A stretch of 64,000 nucleotides of DNA. Origin: Synergistales bacterium 54_24 (lineage in GTDB: Bacteria > Synergistota > Synergistia > Synergistales > Thermosynergistaceae). Below are positions 10,112 to 18,934 of the stretch, one piece after another. A model generated the notes under the pieces. That model had not been told where the DNA came from and made no database searches. It saw only the letters and a program-made list of their open reading frames with translations. The DNA is taken from assembly GCA_001508935.1 (NCBI GenBank), contig LGFQ01000001.1, positions 1,392-65,391 of the forward strand, in the 5' to 3' direction. Within the stretch, counting starts at the first letter, position 1. Each line of letters starts with the position of its first letter. The position numbers and the translations under genes were made by a program.

Positions 10112-10953
10112 TCGTGATCCTGGCTGACCCGACAGGCCTTTGTTTCGGGGTCAAGAGGGCCATAGGGGAGCTCGAACGCTCCATCAGCTCTAAGGGCAAG
10201 GTTTACGCCTTGGGGAGTCCCATTCACAATCCGCAAGAGGTGAAGCGCCTGGAAAGGATGGGCCTCGTGGTAGTTAATTCCCCGCAGGAGATCCCCCACG
10301 GGGGCACGGCTTTCATAAGGGCTCATGGCGCCACTCCGCAGGCCATCGAAGAGCTGCGCCGCCGAGGCTGTGAAATAGTGGACGGCACGTGTCCGTTCGT
10401 GCGCAACGTCCAGGAGAAGGTCGCTTTCCTCTCGAAGGAGGGGTATGCGGTCGTCATAGTGGGCGACCCCGATCACCCCGAAGTCCAAGGCATAAGGGGA
10501 TACGCCGTGGGCAACTCCTTCGTGGTGAGCGACCCTTCGCAAGTCGACCTCGTCCCCTCCTGTGCTGCCCTCGGTGTGGTAGCTCAGACCACCCAGAAGG
10601 AGGACATCCTGGCGGCGGTAAGCGCTTCCTTGGTGCCGAAGGCCAAGGAGTTGCGATTATACAATACAATTTGCAGTGCGACGCTTTCCAGGCAAGAAGC
10701 GGTGAGGCGCCTTGCCGGCAAAGCCGATGGCATCATAGTCATAGGCGGCCGCAACAGCGCCAATACCGGCAAGCTGGTGAGCATCGCAAAATCTACGGGA
10801 GTCGGCGTTCAATGGGTCGAGAGCGCCGATGAGTTAGATTGGGGGGGATTGGAAGGCAAGGAGAAGATAGGCATAGCCGCTGGGGCAAGCACCCCGGATT
10901 GGCTGATAGAAGATCTGGTATCGAGGTTGAGACGGCGGTCGATGGGGGGATAA
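10108..10953 (+). CDS. ispH: 4-hydroxy-3-methylbut-2-enyl diphosphate reductase
   Basis: MIVILADPTGLCFGVKRAI, DGTCPFV, IVGDPDHPEV, YNTICSAT and VIGGRNSANT are IspH/LytB motifs, including the three cluster cysteines. ATGA overlap with the miaA stop. Confidence 0.9.
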   Translation: MIVILADPTGLCFGVKRAIGELERSISSKGKVYALGSPIHNPQEVKRLERMGLVVVNSPQEIPHGGTAFIRAHGATPQAIEELRRRGCEIVDGTCPFVRNVQEKVAFLSKEGYAVVIVGDPDHPEVQGIRGYAVGNSFVVSDPSQVDLVPSCAALGVVAQTTQKEDILAAVSASLVPKAKELRLYNTICSATLSRQEAVRRLAGKADGIIVIGGRNSANTGKLVSIAKSTGVGVQWVESADELDWGGLEGKEKIGIAAGASTPDWLIEDLVSRLRRRSMGG

Positions 10954-10959
10954 GAGGTA

Positions 10960-12594
10960 ATGTTTGAGGAGCCTGAAAAAGGGCAGATGGATGAAAAAGA
11001 GGGAATAGATACGCCGCTTTCCGTCGAAGGGACAGAAAGCGAGCAGGTAGAAAGCGGTGCCGAAGCGGTCAAGGTGCAGGCTGCTGAGCAGGAAGCGGCG
11101 GCGCCCGAAACCTCAAACCGCGTCGAAGCGGCGAGGAGAAGCGGCGAGAGCATGGAGCACATGCTTGAAGATTATGAGGTCGGCAACATCTTCAGAGGCA
11201 AGGCTGTGGAAGGCAAGATCGTCAACGCCAACGATGACGGATGGTTGGTGGACATAAATTACAAGTGCGAGGGTTTCTTGCCTAAAAATGAGTGGACTCA
11301 TCGCGTTTTGGTGGATAAAGCTGACCTTCCGCAGGTAGGGGACACGGTGCGAGTGCAGGTTACGAAGATCGTTCGAGGCGAGGAGACCCAAGTGTTCTTG
11401 AGTCGCTGGCGCCTCGAGTTCGACGAGCGGTGGAGAGCCTTGGAAGAGGCCGTGAAGGCCAACGGCGTCATCCAGGTCGTAGGCCTGAGGAAGGTAAAGG
11501 GCGGGATCATCGTAGATGCTTTCGGCATCGAAGGGTTCATCCCCATATCCCACCTGGCCGAGGAGGGAAGGTTCTTAAACCAGGCGAAATTTATCGGAGA
11601 GCCCTTCGAGGTGAAGGTCCTCGAGATGGACAAGCGCAAGAGGCGCCTCGTATTGTCAAGGAGGATCCTCTTGGAAGAGGAAGCGGCCAAAAAGCGCGAG
11701 GAGTTTTACAACTCCGTATCCATAGGCGACATACTCGAGGGAACCGTGAGCAGCATAACCTCGTTCGGCGCCTTCGTGAACTTGGGAGCCATCGAAGGCC
11801 TGGTGCACGTCAGCGAGCTTTCTTGGAGGCGCAGCGCGAGACCTCGCGATGTGGTCAAAAAGGGAGAGCGCGTCTCCGTCAAACTCATAGGGTTGGACAA
11901 GGAGAGCGGCCGCGTATCGCTCAGCATCAAGCAGGCCCAACCGGACCCGTGGGATATGGCGGTCGAGCGCTGGAAGGTCGGCGATCGCGTTGTGGGCAAT
12001 GTCACCAACCTTACGGACTTCGGCGCTTTCGTGGAGATCGAACCCGGCGTAGAAGGGCTGATTCATATAAGCGATTTGAGTTGGTCGCGGATCAAGCACC
12101 CCAGGGATGTCTTGAGGAAGAACCAGCAGGTCGAGGCGCAGATCCTCGAGATCGACCCGTCGCGAAAGCGCATCAGCCTCGGTTATAAGCAGCTTCACGA
12201 CCCGTGGCTCGGCGTCGAGGAGCGATATCACAAGGGCGACGATGTGACAGTGAAAGTCGTGAGGCTCGTCGAATTCGGCGCCTTCGCTCAGCTCGAGGAG
12301 GGCGTTGAGGGGTTGATCCATGTCTCTCAGATCGCCAGACGCCCTGTGAACAAGCCCAGCGACGTCTTGAGCGAGGGAGAGGAAGTGACGGCTCGAATCC
12401 TCGACGTCAATCCCAAGGAGCGCAGGATCAGGCTCAGCATTAAGGCTACTCAGGAAGAAGAGGAGCGGAAGAACAGGCGGGGTCGAGGCGAAGAGCGAAG
12501 GAACCGCGAGGCCAAGGCGGAAGGGCCGGAGTTTCAGAACGACGAACCATCCGTCACGATCGGCGAGCTTATAAAAGGCCAACTGTCCGAATAG
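10960..12594 (+). CDS. rpsA: 30S ribosomal protein S1 with a ~65-aa acidic N-terminal extension
   Basis: 544 aa with repeated S1 domains (G.VV.G.V....FGAFV...G.EGL.H.S.. pattern at least 4 times). It lies in the same reading frame as ispH, separated only by TAA plus 2 codons. An alternative ATG is at 11152. Confidence 0.9.
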   Translation: MFEEPEKGQMDEKEGIDTPLSVEGTESEQVESGAEAVKVQAAEQEAAAPETSNRVEAARRSGESMEHMLEDYEVGNIFRGKAVEGKIVNANDDGWLVDINYKCEGFLPKNEWTHRVLVDKADLPQVGDTVRVQVTKIVRGEETQVFLSRWRLEFDERWRALEEAVKANGVIQVVGLRKVKGGIIVDAFGIEGFIPISHLAEEGRFLNQAKFIGEPFEVKVLEMDKRKRRLVLSRRILLEEEAAKKREEFYNSVSIGDILEGTVSSITSFGAFVNLGAIEGLVHVSELSWRRSARPRDVVKKGERVSVKLIGLDKESGRVSLSIKQAQPDPWDMAVERWKVGDRVVGNVTNLTDFGAFVEIEPGVEGLIHISDLSWSRIKHPRDVLRKNQQVEAQILEIDPSRKRISLGYKQLHDPWLGVEERYHKGDDVTVKVVRLVEFGAFAQLEEGVEGLIHVSQIARRPVNKPSDVLSEGEEVTARILDVNPKERRIRLSIKATQEEEERKNRRGRGEERRNREAKAEGPEFQNDEPSVTIGELIKGQLSE

Positions 12595-12628
12595 GGTGTA
12601 TAATATAAAAGGATTTCATATACAGATA

Positions 12629-12652
12629 GACGCCCCCGCACGCGGGGGCGTC
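12629..12652 (+). terminator. GC-rich hairpin downstream of rpsA (possible terminator or RNA-stability element)
   Basis: GACGCCCCCG-cacg-CGGGGGCGTC forms a 10-bp perfect stem 35 nt after the rpsA stop. No U-tract follows, so the terminator call is weak. Confidence 0.3.
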
Positions 12653-12674
12653 GGGACTTGCACTTTATGGGGGG

Positions 12675-13175
12675 TTGGCTTGTTTGGCGGTGCGCGAGAT
12701 TCTCACCTATCCCGATTCGCGCCTAAGGGCGAGGAATGCGCCGGTCGAGGATTTTTCCGAAGAACTGCGCTCGTTGGTAAGGGACCTTTTCGAGACCACT
12801 TATTCATATGACGGAGTCGGGGTTGCAGCACCTCAAGTTGGAGTGAATCGCAAACTCGCCGTGGTGGCTTGGGAGGACAAGAAATTGGTCCTGGCCAATC
12901 CGCGGATCCTGCTTCAAGAGGGCGAGGAAGAGAGAGAAGAGGGGTGTCTCAGTTTCCCCGGGATATTTGAAAACATAAAGCGTCCCCAGAAAGTTACCGT
13001 CGAGGCCATGGACGAAGAGGGCAAGCTCTATACCATCGAAGCTGAGGGCTTCCTGGCGAGGGCGTTGCTCCACGAGATCGACCATCTCGAAGGAAAGCTT
13101 TTCATAGATCACCTTTCTCCGATGAAAAGGCAACTCGTGAAGAAAAAGATGAAGCGCCAGCGAAGGGACGAATGA
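12675..13175 (+). CDS. def: peptide deformylase
   Basis: The GVGVAAPQVG, EGCLSFPG and HEIDHLEG motifs are all present. The start is uncertain (TTG 12675, TTG 12684 or GVG 12690 i.e. GTG 12690). Confidence 0.9.
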   Translation: MACLAVREILTYPDSRLRARNAPVEDFSEELRSLVRDLFETTYSYDGVGVAAPQVGVNRKLAVVAWEDKKLVLANPRILLQEGEEEREEGCLSFPGIFENIKRPQKVTVEAMDEEGKLYTIEAEGFLARALLHEIDHLEGKLFIDHLSPMKRQLVKKKMKRQRRDE

Positions 13176-13179
13176 TATA

Positions 13180-14106
13180 TTGCGTCTGTGGTTTATGGGT
13201 TCAGGGAGATTTGCTGCGAGGTGTTTCCTCGAGCTTTCCGCCTTTTTGCACTTCGAGGTCGTGGTAGTGCCGCCTCCCAAACCCGCCGGAAGGGGGCTGA
13301 AGGAATCGCTGTCGCCTCTGGAGGAAGTGGCGAAAGCCGGTTACTGGCCGTTGATACGGGCGCGCGACGTAAACCGTGAACCGATTCTCCTCGATATGGC
13401 TCAAAAAGAGCCACCGGATGTAATAGTAGTTGTAGATTTCGGTCAGAGGATAAAGGAACCCATCTTGTCTGCGCCCGCCTTTGGGTGCATCAATATCCAT
13501 CCTTCGCTTTTACCCGCCTACCGCGGAGCAGCTCCAATACAGAGAGCCATAATAGATGGCAAAGAAGAGACAGGCGTTACCATCTTCAGGTTAGTGAATG
13601 CAATGGACGCTGGCCCGATATTGGCCCAGCGCCGCTACCCCATATCGCCGGATGAGACCGCGGGCCAGCTCTGCGAGGCCTTGGCCTGCGAGGGGAGTCG
13701 CCTCTTGCTCGAAGTCTTAGAGGGCTTGTCTAAAGGGTCGATAAGGGAGGAGCCTCAGGACGAATCCGAGGCTACCCATGCTCCTAAGATCGCCAAGGAG
13801 GAGGCCCTCATACGATGGGATGAATCCTCAAAGCGCGTTCACAACCTGGTGAGGGCTCTTAATCCTACTCCCGGCGCCTTCACCTTCGCACATGGAAAAA
13901 TATTGAAAATCTGGCGCACCTCTCTCGCGGACGGCATTTGTGGCAAGCCCGGCGAGATCGTAAAGATTGAGGAAGGGCGACCGGTCGTGGCCTGCGGCGA
14001 AGGCGGCGTCGTGTTGCTCGAAGTGCAGCAGGAGGGGAAAGCGCCTCGAGATGCTGCATCGTGGTGGCGCGGTGCCAGGCTGAAGGAAGGGGATGTCTTG
14101 GGATGA
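13180..14106 (+). CDS. fmt: methionyl-tRNA formyltransferase
   Basis: 308 aa. MRLWFMGSGRFA, INIHPSLLPAYRGAAPIQRAII and a C-terminal OB-like domain. TTG start 4 nt after the def stop. Confidence 0.92.
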   Translation: MRLWFMGSGRFAARCFLELSAFLHFEVVVVPPPKPAGRGLKESLSPLEEVAKAGYWPLIRARDVNREPILLDMAQKEPPDVIVVVDFGQRIKEPILSAPAFGCINIHPSLLPAYRGAAPIQRAIIDGKEETGVTIFRLVNAMDAGPILAQRRYPISPDETAGQLCEALACEGSRLLLEVLEGLSKGSIREEPQDESEATHAPKIAKEEALIRWDESSKRVHNLVRALNPTPGAFTFAHGKILKIWRTSLADGICGKPGEIVKIEEGRPVVACGEGGVVLLEVQQEGKAPRDAASWWRGARLKEGDVLG

Positions 14107-14819
14107 GCTCAACCTTCAAGGATCGCTTCAAGAGTTTTCCTTGGGGGAAAGCTGTAGCGGTAACGGGAGCCTTGGGGGCTGGCAAGACCGAGTGGGCGCT
14201 CAATTTGTCCATGGCCTTTTTGGCCCTCGGAGAGAGCGTAACCTTGGCCGACGTGGATATCTTGAACCCTTATTTTACAGTGAGGAGCCTCTCAAACCTA
14301 CCGCTCTCCGAAGGGCTTTCCGTAGTCTGTACGGCAGGCGAAGCGAGATGGAGCGACTTGCCTCTCGTTCCGCCAGCCGTAGGCAGGGCCTTGTTGAAAG
14401 AAGGCGAACGGGTCTGCATCGACGTCGGAGGGGGCGAAAGAGGAGCTGTCGCCCTCGCGCAGATCGCGCCTCTTATGGACCAGGTCGGCTATACGCTGCT
14501 ATATGTGGTGAACCCCTATCAGCCAAGCACGGCAAGTCCGGATGGAGTGCAGAGGCTGCTGCAGGGGCTCGAACGTGCCTCTAAGACGAAGGCCACCGCC
14601 CTCGTCGCCAATCCTCATCTGATGGAAGCTACTACGCCCGATGCGGTGGTGGCCGGATACGAAAAGGTGAATGCTTTTTCACAAATCTTGGGGATCCCCA
14701 TACTTTTTGTCGGAGTCTCTTCTGCGCTTTATGATGAAGTGGCAGCCGTATTCGATGACACAGAGGCGATGTTATGGCCTATCGAGCGGAGGGTTTTAAT
14801 GCCTTGGGAAAAGAGGTGA
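14103..14819 (+). CDS. uncharacterised P-loop NTPase (SIMIBI-like layout)
   Basis: The ATG at 14103 overlaps the fmt stop (ATGA). Walker A is KAVAVTGALGAGKTE. Next come ADVDILNPYF, a Walker-B-like CIDVGGGERG, and LVANPH. I recognise no specific family. It ends 6 nt before the first OFOR operon. Confidence 0.6.
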   Translation: MSSTFKDRFKSFPWGKAVAVTGALGAGKTEWALNLSMAFLALGESVTLADVDILNPYFTVRSLSNLPLSEGLSVVCTAGEARWSDLPLVPPAVGRALLKEGERVCIDVGGGERGAVALAQIAPLMDQVGYTLLYVVNPYQPSTASPDGVQRLLQGLERASKTKATALVANPHLMEATTPDAVVAGYEKVNAFSQILGIPILFVGVSSALYDEVAAVFDDTEAMLWPIERRVLMPWEKR

Positions 14820-14825
14820 AGCTGA

Positions 14826-15041
14826 ATGCCGAAAGGGCGCGTAGTGATCGATGAAGAGCTGTGCAAAAGCTGTGGTCTGTGCGTTGCGGCCTGTCCCACC
14901 AAGGTGCTTTCCATATCCGACAAGGTCAACAGCAAGGGATATAGACCTGCGACGCAGGCAAAAGAGGGGTGTATAGCCTGCAAGATGTGCGCCACTACCT
15001 GTCCGGATGTGGCTATCACCGTCTACCGCATCGATGAATAA
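14826..15041 (+). CDS. 2-oxoacid:ferredoxin oxidoreductase, delta (2x[4Fe-4S] ferredoxin) subunit, operon 1
   Basis: 71 aa with two CxxCxxCxxxCP motifs (CKSCGLCVAACP, CIACKMCATTCP). Confidence 0.85.
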   Translation: MPKGRVVIDEELCKSCGLCVAACPTKVLSISDKVNSKGYRPATQAKEGCIACKMCATTCPDVAITVYRIDE

Positions 15042-15061
15042 CCTGTGGAGGTGAAAAGAAG

Positions 15062-16126
15062 ATGGGCGAGCGTGTACTGATGAAGGGCAATGAGGCCCTT
15101 GCAGAGGCGGCCATCCAAGCCGGATGCAGATATTTCTTCGGCTACCCCATAACGCCTCAGAATGAAATCCCCGAATATATGTCGCGCAGGCTCCCCGAGG
15201 TCGGTGGGGTCTACCTTCAATCCGAAAGCGAGGTCGCCACGATAAACATGCTCTTCGGCGCTGCCGGGGCTGGGGTCAGAGTGATGACGTCCTCCTCGAG
15301 CCCTGGGATTTCGCTCATGTCTGAAGGGATCAGCTATATAGCAGGGGCTGAGCTCCCCTGCGTGATCATGAATGTGATGCGCGCTGGACCTGGGCTCGGC
15401 GGCATTCTACCCGGTCAGGCCGATTATCTTCAGGCCACGCGGGGCGGCGGTCACGGCGACTACCGCCTGCTGGTTTTGACGCCGGGGACATTACAAGAGG
15501 CAATAGACCTCGTCATGAAGGCCTTCGACCTCGCCGATTTATACCGCAACCCTGTCATGGTATTGGTGGACGGGTTTATGGGCCAGATGATGGAGGCGGT
15601 GGAGTTCAAGGCGCCCGAGAAGCTCGAGCTTCCCGATAAGAAAGAGTGGGCTGTCGGATACAGGAAAGAGCGCGGCGGGCGAACCATCGTTAAGACGCTA
15701 TCCCTTGAGCCCGATCCTTTGGAGGAACATAACCGTCGCCTTCAGGAGAAATACCGCAGAATCGAGAAGAATGAAGTTAGGCACGAGAGCTACATGATGG
15801 ACGACGACGTGGAGCTCGTCATGGTCGCCTACGGCACCACCAGCAGGATAGTGCGCTCATCGCTAAAAGCCTTGCGCGCTGAAGGGATAAAGGCCGGCAT
15901 GATCCGCCCGATTACGGCGTGGCCATTTCCCTATGAGCCGTTCAAAAAACTCCCCCCGAGCGCAAAGTCCGTCTTGGCGGTGGAGATGAGTTGCGGCCAG
16001 ATGGTCGAAGACGTGAAACTCGGCGTGGCGGAGCGCTTCCCCGTCCACTTTTACGGTCGCTGCGGGGGCAATGCCCCTTCGGTCGAAGAAGTCGTCCAAG
16101 CGGCCAAAGAGATCCTGGGGCGTTGA
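15062..16126 (+). CDS. 2-oxoacid:ferredoxin oxidoreductase, alpha subunit, operon 1
   Basis: 354 aa. The N-terminus GNEALAEAAIQAGCRYFFGYPITPQNEI is typical of the KorA/VorB/PorA family. Confidence 0.9.
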   Translation: MGERVLMKGNEALAEAAIQAGCRYFFGYPITPQNEIPEYMSRRLPEVGGVYLQSESEVATINMLFGAAGAGVRVMTSSSSPGISLMSEGISYIAGAELPCVIMNVMRAGPGLGGILPGQADYLQATRGGGHGDYRLLVLTPGTLQEAIDLVMKAFDLADLYRNPVMVLVDGFMGQMMEAVEFKAPEKLELPDKKEWAVGYRKERGGRTIVKTLSLEPDPLEEHNRRLQEKYRRIEKNEVRHESYMMDDDVELVMVAYGTTSRIVRSSLKALRAEGIKAGMIRPITAWPFPYEPFKKLPPSAKSVLAVEMSCGQMVEDVKLGVAERFPVHFYGRCGGNAPSVEEVVQAAKEILGR

Positions 16127-16142
16127 AGGAGGGAATGCTGCG

Positions 16143-16886
16143 ATGAAAGAAGTCTTGATAGCCGAGCGTCCGAAGTCTATGTATAAGGTGTCTACCCACT
16201 ATTGCCCCGGCTGCACGCACGGCATAGCTCATCGTCTGATAGCCGAGGTGGTAGATGAGCTTGGCATCCAGGACAGGGCGGTAGGGGTTGCGCCTGTCGG
16301 GTGCTCTGTGCTCATCTATAACTACATAGATCTGGATTGGTACGAGGCCGCCCACGGCCGGGCTCCGGCCGTGGCCACGGCGTGCAAGAGAGCTCGCCCC
16401 GACCTCACGGTCTTCACGTATCAGGGCGACGGGGATTTGGCGTCCATAGGCATGGCGGAGATCGTGCACGCAGCCAATAGAGGGGAGCGCATCAGCGTTA
16501 TATTTATCAACAACGCCATCTATGGAATGACGGGGGGACAGATGGCCCCCACGACATTGCTCTCCCAGCGGACCAGCACGACCCCCTATGGCCGTGATCC
16601 AAAGGCGAGCGGCTATCCCATACGCGTGGCCGAGATGCTCTCGACGTTGGCCGCGCCCGGCTACATAGCCCGCGTATCCGTCGTCAAGCCGAAATACATC
16701 ATCAAGGCGAAAGAGGCCATAAAGAAGGCATTCCTGACGCAGATCGAAGACAAGGGGTTTTCTCTCGTGGAAATACTCTCCACGTGTCCGACGAACTGGG
16801 GGGTGTCTCCCGTTGCGGCCACAAATTGGGTCGAAGAGCAGATGATACCGGTCTTTCCGTTGAAGGAATTCAAGGTTCCTGAATAG
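16143..16886 (+). CDS. 2-oxoacid:ferredoxin oxidoreductase, beta (TPP-binding) subunit, operon 1
   Basis: The ATG at 16143 is the first start after the alpha-subunit stop. YCPGCTHG and VGCS are cluster cysteines, and QGDGDLASIG...NNAIYGMTGGQ is the TPP motif. Confidence 0.9.
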   Translation: MKEVLIAERPKSMYKVSTHYCPGCTHGIAHRLIAEVVDELGIQDRAVGVAPVGCSVLIYNYIDLDWYEAAHGRAPAVATACKRARPDLTVFTYQGDGDLASIGMAEIVHAANRGERISVIFINNAIYGMTGGQMAPTTLLSQRTSTTPYGRDPKASGYPIRVAEMLSTLAAPGYIARVSVVKPKYIIKAKEAIKKAFLTQIEDKGFSLVEILSTCPTNWGVSPVAATNWVEEQMIPVFPLKEFKVPE

Positions 16887-16899
16887 GAGGTGAAGGCTC

Positions 16900-17460
16900 A
16901 TGGGCGATTTTACCCGCACTCTCATAGCGGCAGGTTTTGGAGGGCAGGGCGTGTTGATGTTGGGGCAGCTGGTGGCTCATGCCGCCATGCGCGATGGGCA
17001 CAACGTAGCCTGGATACCTTCTTATGGTCCGGAGATGCGAGGCGGCACTGCCAACTGTTGCGTCATAGTGAGCGACGAGGAGATCGGCTCTCCCTTGGTG
17101 AGCATTGCTGACATATTGGTGGCCATGAATAAGCCGTCCGTTTTGAAATTCGAGCCGAAGCTGAAGAGCAACGGGATTCTGTTATACGACGAAGATTTAG
17201 CAAGCTATGAAGGCGCAAGGAGCGATGTGACAGTGGTTCCCGTGCCGGCGAGCAGCATTGCAAGGGAATTGGGAGACGCCCGCATCGCGAACATCGTGGT
17301 ATTGGGGGTTTTGGCTGAACTTTCCGACATAGCTACCGTCGAATCGTGCGAAATCGTCGTCAGAGAGGTCTTGGGGAAGAAAAAAGCTGCGTTGGCAGAA
17401 TTGAACTTGCGGGCCTTCGCACGCGGCAGAGAGCTCGCCAAGGAGGTATACGTCGGGTAG
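16900..17460 (+). CDS. 2-oxoacid:ferredoxin oxidoreductase, gamma subunit, operon 1
   Basis: 186 aa. IAAGFGGQGVLMLGQLVAHAA...SYGPEMRGGTANC is the gamma-subunit signature. Confidence 0.88.
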   Translation: MGDFTRTLIAAGFGGQGVLMLGQLVAHAAMRDGHNVAWIPSYGPEMRGGTANCCVIVSDEEIGSPLVSIADILVAMNKPSVLKFEPKLKSNGILLYDEDLASYEGARSDVTVVPVPASSIARELGDARIANIVVLGVLAELSDIATVESCEIVVREVLGKKKAALAELNLRAFARGRELAKEVYVG

Positions 17461-17985
17461 ATGGACACGTCTGAGAAGGGATGCGCCTCGCGCTTGGCAT
17501 ACGACGGCAAGATCGTCCGCGTGCGCATCGATCATGTGGAACTGCCCAACGGCTCGATGACATACCGCGAGGTCGTAGAGCACGCGACTGCCGTGGCTAT
17601 CGCTGCGGAGACCGAAGACGGGAAGATCTTGCTCATACGCCAATTTCGTTATCCCGTGGGCAGAGAGATCATAGAGGTGCCTGCCGGCATTGTGGAAGAC
17701 GAGGAGGACCTGGTCGCCGCCGCCAAAAGAGAATTAAGGGAGGAGACCGGTTTCGACGCGAGGGAGATCCGCGAGATCTATCGCTTCTTCACGTCGCCGG
17801 GTTTTTCAAACGAACTCATCGTCCTCTATCATGCCAAAGACATCTTCCCCTCGTTCCTTCCTGGAGACGACGACGAGTTCATAAACCTGATGCCCACGAG
17901 CAAGGAAGAGTGCCTCAGGTTGATCGAAAGTGGCGCTATAGAGGACGCCAAGACGCTGGTCGCCCTTCTGATGCTTTTGCGTTGA
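17461..17985 (+). CDS. Nudix hydrolase (ADP-ribose pyrophosphatase-like)
   Basis: Nudix box GIVEDEEDLVAAAKRELREETGF. The start abuts the gamma-subunit stop. Confidence 0.8.
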   Translation: MDTSEKGCASRLAYDGKIVRVRIDHVELPNGSMTYREVVEHATAVAIAAETEDGKILLIRQFRYPVGREIIEVPAGIVEDEEDLVAAAKRELREETGFDAREIREIYRFFTSPGFSNELIVLYHAKDIFPSFLPGDDDEFINLMPTSKEECLRLIESGAIEDAKTLVALLMLLR

Positions 17986-18887
17986 CCCTTGAGGAGGCGG
18001 GGTCGTTGGAGGCCTGGCTGATCGACTCTTTTTTAAGCTATCTGCGCTTCGAGCTCGGTTGCAGCGAGAACACGGCGAGATCCTATGCGTCGGACCTCGC
18101 CAAGTGGGCCGCCTTTTGTTCGCAGAACGACATTTCCCCCGTCCCTCCTACTCAGGATGGGGTTGTGCGTTTTTTGAGATCTTTGGCTGAGGATGGCATT
18201 AGCAGGGCCTCTATCCAACGCGCTGCCGCAGCCATTCGGTCGTTTATGCGCTATCTGGTGGCAGAGGGGTTGGCGGATGGCGGAGAACGACTTCCTCCTC
18301 TGCCCGCCAAGGGAAAGATCCTCCCCCAGATATTGAGCGAAGGGGAAATAGAAAGGATCTTGGCCTCCTGCGACGGCAAGCGCGATATAGACATCAGGGA
18401 TCGGGCAATCATGGAATGCGCCTATGGATGCGGCCTGAGGGCGAGCGAAGTGTGTGGGCTTGAGCTTTCGAGCCTTGACTGGGGCAATGAAGCGATCCGC
18501 GTGCGTGGGAAAGGCAACAAGGAGAGGTTGGTCCCCTTTTTGGGAAGCGTTCGTCGCAGCGTAGAGCGCTATTTGAAGGAAAGCCGCCCGCATTTGGACA
18601 AAGGGCGGTGCGAGAAGCTGTTTCTTTCGCGGAGCGGCAAACCTCTCTCAAGGGAAGACCTGTGGCGCATAGTGAGGAGGAGGGGGAAGATGGCCGGCAT
18701 TTCGTCCTCCCGCCTCCATCCCCACGTCTTGCGTCACTCCTTCGCCACTCACCTTTTGAGGAGAGGACTGGACTTGCGAACTCTGCAGGAACTCTTGGGG
18801 CACTCCACCATAGCGACGACAGAGCGCTATACCCATTTCGACCTCGAACTTCGCGATGTATACGACAACTGCCACCCCAGGGCGTGA
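17982..18887 (+). CDS. tyrosine recombinase, XerC/XerD family
   Basis: The track ORF 17481-18887 has an Arg-rich artefactual N-terminus overlapping the Nudix gene. The in-frame TTG at 17982 overlaps the Nudix stop (TTGA). SAM-like N-domain (FLSYLRFELGCSENTARSYASDL) and catalytic R...HVLRHSFATHLL...GHSTIATTERYTH. Confidence 0.85.
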   Translation: MTLEEAGSLEAWLIDSFLSYLRFELGCSENTARSYASDLAKWAAFCSQNDISPVPPTQDGVVRFLRSLAEDGISRASIQRAAAAIRSFMRYLVAEGLADGGERLPPLPAKGKILPQILSEGEIERILASCDGKRDIDIRDRAIMECAYGCGLRASEVCGLELSSLDWGNEAIRVRGKGNKERLVPFLGSVRRSVERYLKESRPHLDKGRCEKLFLSRSGKPLSREDLWRIVRRRGKMAGISSSRLHPHVLRHSFATHLLRRGLDLRTLQELLGHSTIATTERYTHFDLELRDVYDNCHPRA

Positions 18888-18934
18888 GGCGTGAGATGCT
18901 GAGCGCGGTATTTTAGAAGTGATAGCTTGAAGAG

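Noticed and set aside
11656-12582. Long antisense ORFs opposite well-supported genes (for example 11656-12582, 15942-16925, 24902-25798, 1166-2011, 8852-9628, 42837-43271, all minus strand).
   Set aside because: Each lies entirely opposite a gene with strong family motifs. Their translations are Arg/Pro/His-rich or low-complexity with no recognisable motifs. Such shadow ORFs are expected in GC-rich coding sequence.
17982-18887. Tyrosine recombinase as a marker of an integrated mobile element.
   Set aside because: It has XerC/D-type architecture and overlaps a housekeeping Nudix gene by 4 nt. It is flanked by OFOR and punA genes, with no direct repeats, tRNA-adjacent att-like duplication or phage/plasmid genes. 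It is most simply the chromosomal dimer-resolution recombinase.
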